In this document: in pieces, positions 54,299-64,000 of the stretch
Numbering within the stretch: position 1 is the stretch's first letter
Layout of the letters: the number at the start of each line of letters is the position of its first letter
DNA from: Amoebophrya sp. A120
Lineage: Eukaryota > Protista > Dinoflagellata
Length of the DNA stretch: 64,000 nucleotides
NCBI GenBank assembly: GCA_905178155.1
Contig: CAJINV010000004.1
Location: forward strand, 2,250,231 to 2,314,230
Direction: 5' to 3'
The notes under the pieces: generated by a model
Told to the model about the DNA's origin: nothing
Database searches by the model: none
What the model saw: the letters and a program-made list of their open reading frames with translations, nothing else
Program-made: the position numbers and the translations under genes

Positions 54299-55628
54299 GG
54301 ATTTTTTACTCGATAAAAATCATATTGAAGACACGAGTCGTGATCTCGTTTCTGGGGCATAGTTGTAGCGAATTTTCAGCAGATTATTCGCGCTTTATTC
54401 ACTTTTTTCTACGAATATGTTTATGTTTACTTACTTGTTTTCGCCTCTGTTTCAGTTCCTGTAAAACATTTTCCAACTCCGAAGTGCGAGGAGCGTGCGC
54501 TCCTAGGACAGAGGGCAAGTAAAATAAGTACTACACAGGGTTTGTTGATGTTTATGTGCAACATTCAGTTGAGCAGATTATTCCATGCAGAAACCCGTAT
54601 CAAATCTTTTTGCTGGTGGGTGGAAGCCCCACTTTCACCCACGTTTTTGCCGAATGGCTTCTGCTCCTCCCAAGTTTTATTCCGCTTTCTCGTTGGATGG
54701 GTGTGGAAGATAGATTTTGCGCTGCACCATTGTGAACCTCTTTAAACTCTATTCCGGACGGACCCCGTCGATGCATGCGAGAAGCAAGAAGCGCTGGAAC
54801 AAGATTACTTTTGTTTTCGTCATTTCCAATGGTTAAGTACTCATTCAATCACGCTTGTCCAAAAGCGGCCCGTACTCATTTTTCGGGGTATTCAAATCAT
54901 GAGTTTCTGCCAGCTGACTGTTCCTGTTCCGCGGGTGTCTCGTGCTTGGTAACAGCCAAAAAGTCTCTCTCTTGCCTGAGATAGAAGAAAGATGCAAACC
55001 GACCGGAGCCGCGATGAGAGCAAGGGGAGGAACCAAATTTCCGCATATATTGGCAAGCTTATATATTGTGAAACTGGATGAACAGCGGGGAAAACGAAAA
55101 ACAAAATACTAGCCGAATCGTACCAACAAGATCACAGAAAAGATCGGCCTGGTTTTCTTCTCACGACCGTTCTGCCGCGATTTGTTTCTTCTTATCACAA
55201 CAAGGCGAAAATCAAAATTGACACCGAGAATGACGCACTCGGGCAACGATCGGTTCTTCCACGCGCTGCTGCGGAATGACGCGCATCCACTAACGCTGAA
55301 GCATACCAAAACCGCCCTGCCAACAAACCGACCTTCGACATTTCTTAACGGCGGGTCAAAGGTATCTGTATACGATCTTGCGTTTGTATGTTCGTGCGGA
55401 CCTGCAACTAATCAAAATCTTGCATGCGATCGAGCCACGATGTCCTTATCGTGATCCTGTGTTTCCAATCCAACTCGACAGCGCACACAGCCACCTGCAC
55501 GGGGCCCTGGTTCGGGCGCAGCATTTGTTGACGGCGTCCCGGAAACAAGAACGCCCGCAAGTGGCGAAACTGCGCAGGCCTCCAAGCACTCGATGCTTTC
55601 CGCCCAGAGCGCGGCATGCATTGCCTCG

Positions 55629-55936
55629 TATGGATTGCAAATATGCCTGTGGATCCGGAAAACAAAGTGTAAACTTTTGATGCGTCGTGCGGGGCACACA
55701 AAAATCAGTCCTATTTGGCTATTATACCTGCAGTTGGCGGCCCCTTTGATCTCAATTGGGGAAGAGTTTTCTCATGCAGGATTTGCATTGTCAAGAGCTG
55801 CTCACAGGTGAGTCTGTGATACTAGACCCTGCCTTTCAGACCTCATTCTCGGGCATGGAACACCCGCATGACAATAATCCTAGCGGGAGCACACCGCTTC
55901 GACTTCCAGAGCCAGCAGACGTATTTGCAGTTGATA
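55629..55936. mobile_element. Degenerate family A-like element
   Basis: TATGGATTGCAAATATG...CGTATTTGCAGTTGATA; DR CCTCG/CACCG. Confidence 0.6.
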
Positions 55937-56193
55937 CACCGCGCATGAGCACCATGTCCACCCGGGGGAAGCCACGGTTTGTGCCAGGTAGTAAGTTGTA
56001 CTTGATATACTAAAAGTTGCTATAATGTGGAATTGGTATTGTGCGTTCTCTGCTCCACTCGCTCTCTGTTGCCGCACCGTGTGCACTTGCATGAAAAATG
56101 AGCAATAAGGGTCGTGTCAGGTGGGCAGACTTTTTGTACTTACCGTATGAGAAATGTTTCGTTTCGAGAACAAGATGAAAATCACTCCAAGGT

Positions 56194-56499
56194 TTGCAAA
56201 GCAAGGAACTCCTGAAGATGGAGCACAAAACCCAAGACTTCGAGTACATGCAGAGGAGGCGGGAGGAAAAGCTGCAGGAAATTCAGCGGCTGAAGCAGGA
56301 GCTGCAACGGGCAAAGCAGAAGGAGATGCAGGAGCTGAAATTGCGGTACCAACAGGAGCGGCAGTGGCGGGAACACGTGAAAAGTTTGAAACAGCAGAAG
56401 GACAGCGATGTGCGCAATTTCAGACGGAGCATGCAGAAGGAGGACCAGGAAATGAGGAGGGACGCGGAACTCTTGATGCGTACAGAACAAAAGTTTTAA
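56194..56499 (+). CDS. Last exon of a coiled-coil protein (upstream exons probably at about 55240-55990)
   Basis: Q/E/K/R-rich ORF with coding-like codon usage. Confidence 0.6.
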   Translation: MQSKELLKMEHKTQDFEYMQRRREEKLQEIQRLKQELQRAKQKEMQELKLRYQQERQWREHVKSLKQQKDSDVRNFRRSMQKEDQEMRRDAELLMRTEQKF

Positions 56500-57714
56500 T
56501 CGTCCAGTTTTACGATGATTTTTCATGCATGACGATAACGCGACAAAGAAAATCAGTTACTTCAATGCCAGTGTGGGTCATTTTGCTTTCCAATCGATTT
56601 CCATAATATCCCAGGTGAATTTGAACACGAGCAGGCGAAAGAGGAATGGCAAGTGCGTATGAGAGTGCACAGCTTGTTTCCTCTCCTTCATTTAGCATAC
56701 AAATTTCCATGTCCACTCTCAGCTCTGCTCGGGTGACATCAGCATCAGGAGGTCGCGTATACGAAATGTAGTGCTACAATCGTCCATGATGTGCCACGGA
56801 CTTCCCGTTCAGAGACAGCATCTTCATTTGCGGCCTTGGTGTTCCTGCTGCATCTGCCCTTCGAAAAATGAAGCGCAGTGGGAGCAGGTGTTGTGCACTC
56901 TCATATTGCAGGCTAGTCAACACGCGATCGTGGGCTAGAAGAGCGCGGCTGTTTTAAAGCGGTTTCGAGCTCGAAGTATGTATGGCAGTGGACAACTTCT
57001 TCCTCTTCCCGGCGTTTGTGATGCAAAAGACCGGTTTCGCTTCCAGGTCCAGCGCTTGGCAACGTGAGCATCGAGGAGGAGGGGTTGTTCACTATCATGC
57101 TCTAGGGCCCGCCTTGTTGTGGAGTACCTTCGTGTAAGATTTTTTCTACGAATTGCAATTTTCTGTACCTAAATGAGTTGGATTTATTTCGGAGGATGAA
57201 ACACTCCCAATATCACTGCAGTATGCTGTCATGACCCCATTAGCGGCCGAAGCCGAATGTAAAGACCATGAGATTTTTGTGCACTATTTACGGAATGAGC
57301 AGAAATTGACGTTTCCCTTTGTACGATGGTGGACAAGAAGAGCATCACGTGAATGCGAGGTAGGTGACGACTCTCAAACACAAGAAAAATCAATGCTAGT
57401 GAGAACTGGTGGTGCACATGCCGTCCGCTACAGGCGGCGGTGGGAAGCGCAGAGATTTGAATGATTGGTCATTCTGTTCTTCGCTGTCTGTTCGGGCGAT
57501 TTATTTTCACAAATTTGGATTTTGTCTTTCGGTAAAATGATGATCCCATTGTGTGTTTCTCTTCTGCTTTTGGTAATTGAAGAACGAAGCTTTTGTACTA
57601 TTTTGATGTTTTATATTTATTTCGGATCTTCCTCGAAACCAACAGGTGCAGGTGTCGTCAAAAAATCAATTATAACTTCGTTATACCAATCGTCACAACA
57701 ATCGCCTCGATAAG

Positions 57715-58741
57715 ATGCGGTCAATCGCAATGCGAACCTTCTGTGCGGGCGCTGTTGGGACCGTCCTTGCTGATAACGCGACAACGGCGGACGTGATCAG
57801 AGCCGAAGTCGACTGGGGGGGGGAGCGGCACGGCCGAGAAACGGGGGCTCGGCCCATTGCCGCCGCATGCCTTTCAGAATACCACGGTGAACAACGCGGC
57901 GATCTGCCTTGCAGTGAAAACGCCGCTGCTCCAAGTTTTCGACAAGATGATCGAGCCAGACCTAGCTTCATCCGATCAGCTCGACGCCATGGACTGCGCC
58001 ATCCTTGCGCAGCGGATCAAGCGCGCCGGCCGCGGGGACGCGAACAATGATGGCAACCTTAGCCGGGCCGAGAAGGAAACTTTCTGTGGGAAAGTAGCGC
58101 TGTCAGAAGGTGAGCGCATCGATGGAGGGGTCACGGGATCGTTTCTCGAGTTCAATGGGTGGGGTTTATTCGACAGCTGTCAGCGCTGCATGGGATTTTG
58201 CAAGGCCGACGAGGACACGTTTGAAACGAATCCGGAAAAAGAGGAGAAAAACCAGCAAAAGTCCGCTACGTGGGGAACGATCCAGTACGGAGAGCCGATA
58301 GGTCAACGCGACAGGGCGGTTGTTTGGTTCGGCACCGTCTATTTCAAGACGGGTTTCGGCGACGTCTCCACAGTGGAGTTCACGAACGACTTTCGTCCGG
58401 GAGATATCCTGGTGAACAAAAAGGACATCGTGTCGCATGCCCTGCTCCTCAAGAAAGCAGCGATCATGGATGGAGCAAGAGGATATCATCTATGGGCAGA
58501 CAAGCTCACGATGCCGGCCTTCGCTGAGCTGCGCGGAAAACTACGATTGGTGGCGAGCTTGGGGACGGGGTTGAACAATGCCTGGACTTCCATGAAAGGC
58601 GGAAGCAAAGTGTACAGCAACATCTCGCTCGCGAGAGAACTCCTTGACGAAATGGATAAGTCTATTGAGCATTTTCCGTCCTGGCTCAGAAACCAAGTGA
58701 ATGATTTTGATACCAATCCATCAATTCAGCGCAGGAACTAA
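57715..58741 (+). CDS. Putative secreted EF-hand-like/Cys-rich protein, paralogue of 16518-17866; apparent +1 frameshift at the G9 run 57815-57823
   Basis: N-terminus MRTFCAGAVGTVLADNATTADV, plus DANNDGNLSRAEKETFC and GLFDSC...FCKADE. Confidence 0.6.
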
Positions 58742-59342
58742 TTCAAAAGAACAAGCGGAAAGGGCGCGGCAGGAACTGATTCAAAAGATCAGCGGCAAGC
58801 GCTCGCGCTGGGTGCGTTTACCCAGCCAACGAAGGGAGGTCTGGCACCTCGAAGAAGAAGACCAGGTGCCTCTCACCAGTACCCGATGTTACGCATGTCT
58901 GAGCGTCGCTTTGGTATGCGAACTTCTGAAAGATCCATCAAGACTCGTTCTTTTCTCAATGCGAGACAGACTTTGTTGTTTGAGAGGCTGATCTCCGATC
59001 TGGAAAAATTTTCAAATTGTTTCAACGGTGAACATCTGTTCCGGAAGAAAAAAAACGACGACGTTCTTGTTCAGATCTCGCCTGTTGCTCTGTTTGGAGC
59101 ATACTATTCTTCCGATCCTTTACTAAATGCTTCGTCTTAATACGTTTATTTTTTTACAATCGTGCTGATCCCAAAAAAAATCGCTATTTTTGCAACGGAA
59201 ACGTGCTCCTCCTCCGAATCCGAAATGAGAATAAAACCTCATGTCAACACCAGTTTCCGTAGTCGTGATCCGAATTGCATTTGCTAGACGCAAGTTTAGT
59301 TTTCTGTTCGAAGACTCAAAACCAACCCCACTCTCCTTCAAA

Positions 59343-60630
59343 ATGGCCAATCCGAAGGTTTTCTTTGACATGTCCATCGGCGGCGCCAACGCCGGCCGCA
59401 TCGTCATGGAGCTCCGCAAGGACGTCGTCCCGAAGACCGCCGAGAACTTTCGTGCTTTGTGCACGGGCGAGAAGGGTACAATAGGTTTTTGAGTGTGTGG
59501 AAGGCATGATATTATTCGCAATAAAGTGCATTTGAATCATGTTGTTCGAAGGAGAAAGAGATGCATTGACAACTCTCGTCGAAGATGCACCAAAGATCGT
59601 GAAAAAGAACAAAATAGATCTTGGTTCATCGAATAATATCCGACACGAACAGGTATGGGCAAGTCCGGCAAGCCGCTGCACTTCAAGGGCTCCGCTTTCC
59701 ACCGCGTGATCCCGGACTTCATGTGCCAGGGTGGTGACTTCACCGCGGGCAACGGAACCGGTGGCGAGTCCATCTACGGTGCCAAGTTCGCCGATGAGAA
59801 CTTCCAGTTGAAGCACACTGGACCGGGTACTGGTTTTTTTATGAATTTGTGTTGCGGATTTTGACGAGGGATGCATTTTGTGTTGCAGATTTTGCGTTTA
59901 GCAAATTCTTTTGTGTCATTAGGAAGAGGAACTAACGTATCAATGCGTGATCTAAAATCCCAAATCGAATAAATCCGCAGGTATCCTCTCCATGGCCAAC
60001 GCCGGCCCGAACACGAACGGATCCCATATGGCGTTCTCAACTGTTACATTCTCAACTGTTACATGGATTTGTGATGCAAGAACAGCAAAAGTGAAAGGGG
60101 TCACCTTGCGCGTCTTGCGTGACAGATCTGGCAAAGATTCTCAGCCTGTTTGGCTCTTCGAGAATTTGTCATGCGAAGCAGCTCGATCGTGTCAATTCTG
60201 ATTGTGATTTTGCATGACAAATCATGTAATAGCTCAGAATGTAACATTTGAGAACGCCATATCCCAGTTTTTCCTGTGCACCGTCAAGACCGCCTGGTTG
60301 GACGGAAAGCACTGCGTCTTCGGCTCCGTCGTGGAAGGTACTTATTATATCAGGACTGTGTTGCTATCGTTGTAATTGTATACGAACAATTTAGGGCAGT
60401 GACTTCTGCTTTTGCGAAGTAGAGATACATCATCACGGGATTGTGATAGTACTTAAAAAGTCGCCTTGCACGACCAGCCCTACCGCAATTGAGGTCGTTT
60501 TTTGATTTAACAATTCGCAATGCAAACACACTTTTCAGGTATGGATGTCGTGAAGAAGATCGAGTCCGTCGGCTCCCAGTCCGGAAAGACCGCCAAGCCG
60601 GTTGTGGTCTCCGACTGCGGGCAGTTGTAA
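59343..60630 (+). CDS. CYP: Cyclophilin-type peptidyl-prolyl isomerase; exons 59343-59475, 59653-59826, 59981-60026, 60267-60337 and 60539-60630
   Basis: [33 protein letters not shown] and [32 protein letters not shown]. Three GT-AG introns plus one TIR intron. Confidence 0.97.
60027..60261. mobile_element. Family D introner in the cyclophilin gene
   Basis: TIR TATGGCGTTCTCAA(C/A)TGTTACATTCT, 25/26 match; DR TCCCA/TCCCA. Removal restores NGSQFF. Confidence 0.95.
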
Positions 60631-62017
60631 GCTGTTTGGCATGCATAGCTTCGCATACCAGCGCAAGATGAGCTTGTTACGGTGTAATCATAACAACGGT
60701 GTAGTACTAATCAGGACTAGCTGCCGCCGCGCGCAGGTGGACAGAAAAAATTACGCAAGAACAATATCTCTACGCGGTTTGTATTACATCCTCAAAATCT
60801 TTTTTACTTTTTCAAAAGCGCTCGCCTAAATGACGGCGCAATCGAACAACGTCTCCTCTCGCAAGAGTAGGAGTTCCTTTCTACTTACTTCTTCGAGTGG
60901 CGCTCTTCATCTGCCGGCACTGACGCTGGCTCTCGATCATCAGGGCTGTAGTAGTACCTCAACATACTAGTTTACGGGTCGTGTGTTGTTTTTCTTGGAA
61001 AGCAATCACACAGCCGCGGCTGTATAAGAGGATGTAGTGGTTGGTACCAGGCGCAGGCGTCTAACCTAGAGATTTGCTGTCGAGCACTTTTCGTCACCAA
61101 TTCTACCGTACTGTTTACACTCTCAATGAAAAATGGTCTCGCAGTTATGCCTGTGTATGAATCTAAGACTTGGGAATGACGCTTGTATACAAGGCGTTTG
61201 TAATTTTCGCTTCTCCACAACCCGAAAGGAAATGAACTGTACTGTAAGAATTTTTCGCTCCCCTCGAATAGTTGGCTACGAGTACGATGTGCGTTTTTTT
61301 TCACGGTCGGGAGAAGAAAAGGAACGTTACAACACGTCGATGTAAGAAGTTTCACCGTAACGCTTGGCGATCCATTTTTACGGCTGAAAAAGTAGAAGCA
61401 GTGCAGCAGTGTAGGCTACAGGTGAACAAATTAAACGGGCTTGACAATAAGTACACTGAAGAACTTGGAGCCACTTTCTGACCGAGAGTTCGCTTCTGGA
61501 AAGGAAGTCAGGTTCAAAAAACTGAAAGTGTGGTTTCACCCAAGAAAAGCGCAGCTCGGCAGCATGAAGAGAAAAAGAGGAGAAAGTCGGGGACCGATTC
61601 GTCCGAAGCGGTCACAAGATTTTCATTGGCGGTGACGCTGAAGAAGATGCGTGGTTGTTCAGTAGATAAGGGTCTCTTCGTTGTGGTGCGCTAAATTGTT
61701 TTTTCCTTTTCGACGCGAGCATCTTTTTGCTTATTTCTTCTACCGAAGATTTCAGTGACGAGTGAGGTTTTCTTCAACCTTTTCTTCCCCTTCCGAGTCT
61801 AGTCTGACCGCGCACGACACGTGTTGCAGTGTAGTTGCTTGTGAATTATATTTGTCGTCGTTTTTACCATGTTATTTTCCTTCCCACCTGTGGTAAACAC
61901 ATCCGCAGATCTCAGAGTGGCAAGAGACTGACAAAAAATCTTAGTCAAGAACAAGATCGAGAAGGAAAAATAACAGCATCTCTTCAACCAGACCGACAAA
62001 AAATCCAAAACTTCAAG

Positions 62018-62416
62018 ATGGCGGGCAAGTCGCAGGAGCTGATCAACAAGTTGCTGCAGGCCGAGGATGAGGCCGAGAAGATCATCAAATCGGCCCGTGA
62101 CATGCGGTCCAACAAGCTGAAGGACGTGAAGTCTGCGGCGGAGGAGGAGCTGGCGCCCTTCCGCATGAAGGAGGAGCAGAAGTTTTACGACGAGCAGCGC
62201 GCGGTTGTATCCTGTGCAAAAGTGACGTATTCGTATTGCAATCATGCATTACAAATTTTGTTCTTCAGGTAAATCAGCATTACAAATTTTGTTTCTCATG
62301 CTGAGGAAATTTGTAATGCATTTATACGAGTGCGATACTTTTGCAATTCATAGGTTGCGGCCCAGAACAGCATGTCGATGGATTTGGAAAAGTCCACGGC
62401 GGGGGAAATTGCCGCG
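62018..62416 (+). CDS. ATP6V1G: V-type ATPase subunit G, 5' part (exons 62018-62207 and 62358-62416; 3' end not found)
   Basis: MAGKSQELINKLLQAEDEAEKIIKSARDMRSNKLKDVKSAAEEEL matches the subunit G N-terminal pattern (LLxAExxAxxxVxxAR...RLK). GT donor at 62417. Confidence 0.8.
62208..62352. mobile_element. Short family E introner in the V-ATPase G gene
   Basis: TATCCTGTGCAAAAGT...ACTTTTGCAATTCATA; DR GGTTG/GGTTG; frame restored on removal. Confidence 0.85.
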
Positions 62417-62509
62417 GTATGTTAAAAAAGGAGTGTAAAATGAGGAGGGCGTTCTTGTGATGCAGCGCGAATCTGCGTGCACTGTGTTGTCTATCCGTCT
62501 GAAGTTACA

Positions 62510-62785
62510 TTTGAGTTGCAAAATATTTCGCCTTGGAAAATATTTCGGCTTGCAAAATGTTTCGACTTGCAAAATATTTCGGCTTGCGAAGTATTTCGAC
62601 TTGCAAAATATTTTGAGTTGCGAAATACTTTGAGTGGCGAAATATTTCGACTTGCAAAATATTTTGAGTCGCGAAATAATCCGAGCTGCAAAATATTTTG
62701 AGTTGCGAAATATTTCGACTTGCAAAATACTTCGAGTCGCGAAATATTTTGAATGGCAAAATATTTTGAGTCGCAAAATATTTTC
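62510..62785. repeat. 17-bp minisatellite (approx. AAATATTTCGACTTGCA), about 16 copies
   Basis: Tandem periodicity is visible directly and as repeating KYFAS/QNI peptides in the ORF track. Confidence 0.9.
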
Positions 62786-62792
62786 TATTGGC

Positions 62793-62918
62793 TGGGAATC
62801 AATTGGGCAGAGGGAGTTGGGAATTGGACGATGGGAGTTGGGCGACGGGAGTTTCGAGCTGGGCGATGGGGGTTTGGAACGAATTGGGCGATGGGAGTTG
62901 GGAATTGGGCGATGGGCG
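62793..62918. repeat. G-rich 7/21-bp tandem repeat (GGGAGTTGGGAATTGGGCGAT)n
   Basis: GGG recurs about every 7 nt. Confidence 0.8.
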
Positions 62919-64000
62919 GCGAACGATTTCGCAAATTGCGACAGTTTTGAAAGTTTGAAAATTGCAAAAAAATTGCGGACGCGGACGAAAAAGATTCTTG
63001 TTAGCAGCTGAAAAACGCTCCGCGCTGGAGGCAAAACGGAGGAGAGGACTCTGGTGGGAGGCGAAAAATATTCCTTGTTCGAAAGTTTTGCAAACAGGAG
63101 AAAAGAACTCGGGGGATTTGGGAAAAATGAAAAAAAAGCGGGGCACTTGGCGGAAAAGTTTTCAAAGTTTGGAAAATGGAAAACACAACGCGCGATGGAC
63201 GATTTCGCCACTTTGCAATAATTTTCGCAAGTTGGAAGATTGCAAAAAAACAATTGGCGCGGGCGATTTTCTTTCCCGTTGCAAAATTTTAACTCGCACC
63301 GCTCAGCAATAGGAGTTACAAGGCCGCAACTTATGTCGCGCAGTGGGGGGGTGAACGAGTGGACGGGGGGGAAAGAAAAACGCCAGAGGGGCAAGGGAAA
63401 AAATTTTTGATGCAGGGCGGGGCCAGGCATCTGCGCCGCGTCTTGCTGAAAGAACGAAGGCGGAGCGCCATGGCGCTCGTGGTTCCCGTCGTCGTGCGAG
63501 CGCGAGGGCCCCGCCCGCACTGGGCGCGCGTTTGCGTGGCGGCAAGCCTTAGGCCCAAGCAACAACGCAAAGCGCGGCAGCGGGCGGCCGCCAGTGGACG
63601 GGGGAACAGGCCGCGCCATGCGAGGCGCTGGCGGCAGCGTGACGCCCCGCCCGCGCGTTTGCGGTGTGGCCCGTTCGCGCCGCCTGCCTGTGTGCCCCGC
63701 CCCTGTGCGCCTTGGTGCCCCCCCCGCCCTTCTTCCGCGCGCAGCCTTGCAGAACGAGGGCGCGTTGGGGCCCCTGCCGCGCGCGTGGATGGAGGACGGG
63801 CGCCGGGGCGGGGCGCTCATTGCCCTCCAGGCGCAGGGGCCCACCACCCTCCCCCAGCACCCCCGGACAACAACGGCGCCCCCCGTGTTAGCCCGCAGGC
63901 AATCTGTTGCGCCCCCGCCTGCTTCCCTCGCGCGCACCCTCCAAGACAGAGACGGCGGATGGTGGCGCCCTCTGCCGGCCTCTTCGTGAACAGAGGGAGG

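Noticed and set aside
24577-58741. Autonomous transposase or recombinase for the elements
   Set aside because: No DDE, tyrosine recombinase or reverse transcriptase motif was recognised by eye in any ORF, and no long TIR-bounded ORF was seen. A profile search of the spliced proteins is needed to exclude one.
60027-60266. Elements translated in frame (intein-like) because several element+DR lengths are multiples of 3 (267, 261, 240, 150)
   Set aside because: Others are not (284, 272, 268), and in-frame stops occur inside elements (for example at 60201 and 62272).
62348-63937. 529-aa minus-strand ORF
   Set aside because: It runs through satellite and low-complexity GC-rich sequence and has no protein-like features.

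Overview
This is eukaryotic genomic DNA from an alveolate, most consistent with the parasitic dinoflagellate relative Amoebophrya (an inference). All recognisable genes lie on the + strand: the 3' end of an IscA/HesB Fe-S assembly gene, ER HSP70 BiP (C-terminal HDEL), a cyclophilin, the 5' part of V-ATPase subunit G, two paralogous putative secreted EF-hand-like/Cys-rich genes, and several long low-complexity genes of unknown function. The dominant signal is about 50 short elements (145-444 bp) in at least 9 sequence families. They run TAT...ATA, carry terminal inverted repeats (TIRs), are flanked by a 5-bp direct repeat (DR), and sit almost only inside coding exons. Removing an element plus one DR copy restores conserved reading frames exactly, although almost none has GT-AG ends, and the same family occurs in both orientations inside one gene. 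They behave as non-canonical transposon-like introns (introners) and coexist with normal GT-AG introns. No transposase was recognised in the window. The window ends in a 17-bp satellite followed by garbled-looking sequence. All coordinates were read by eye.
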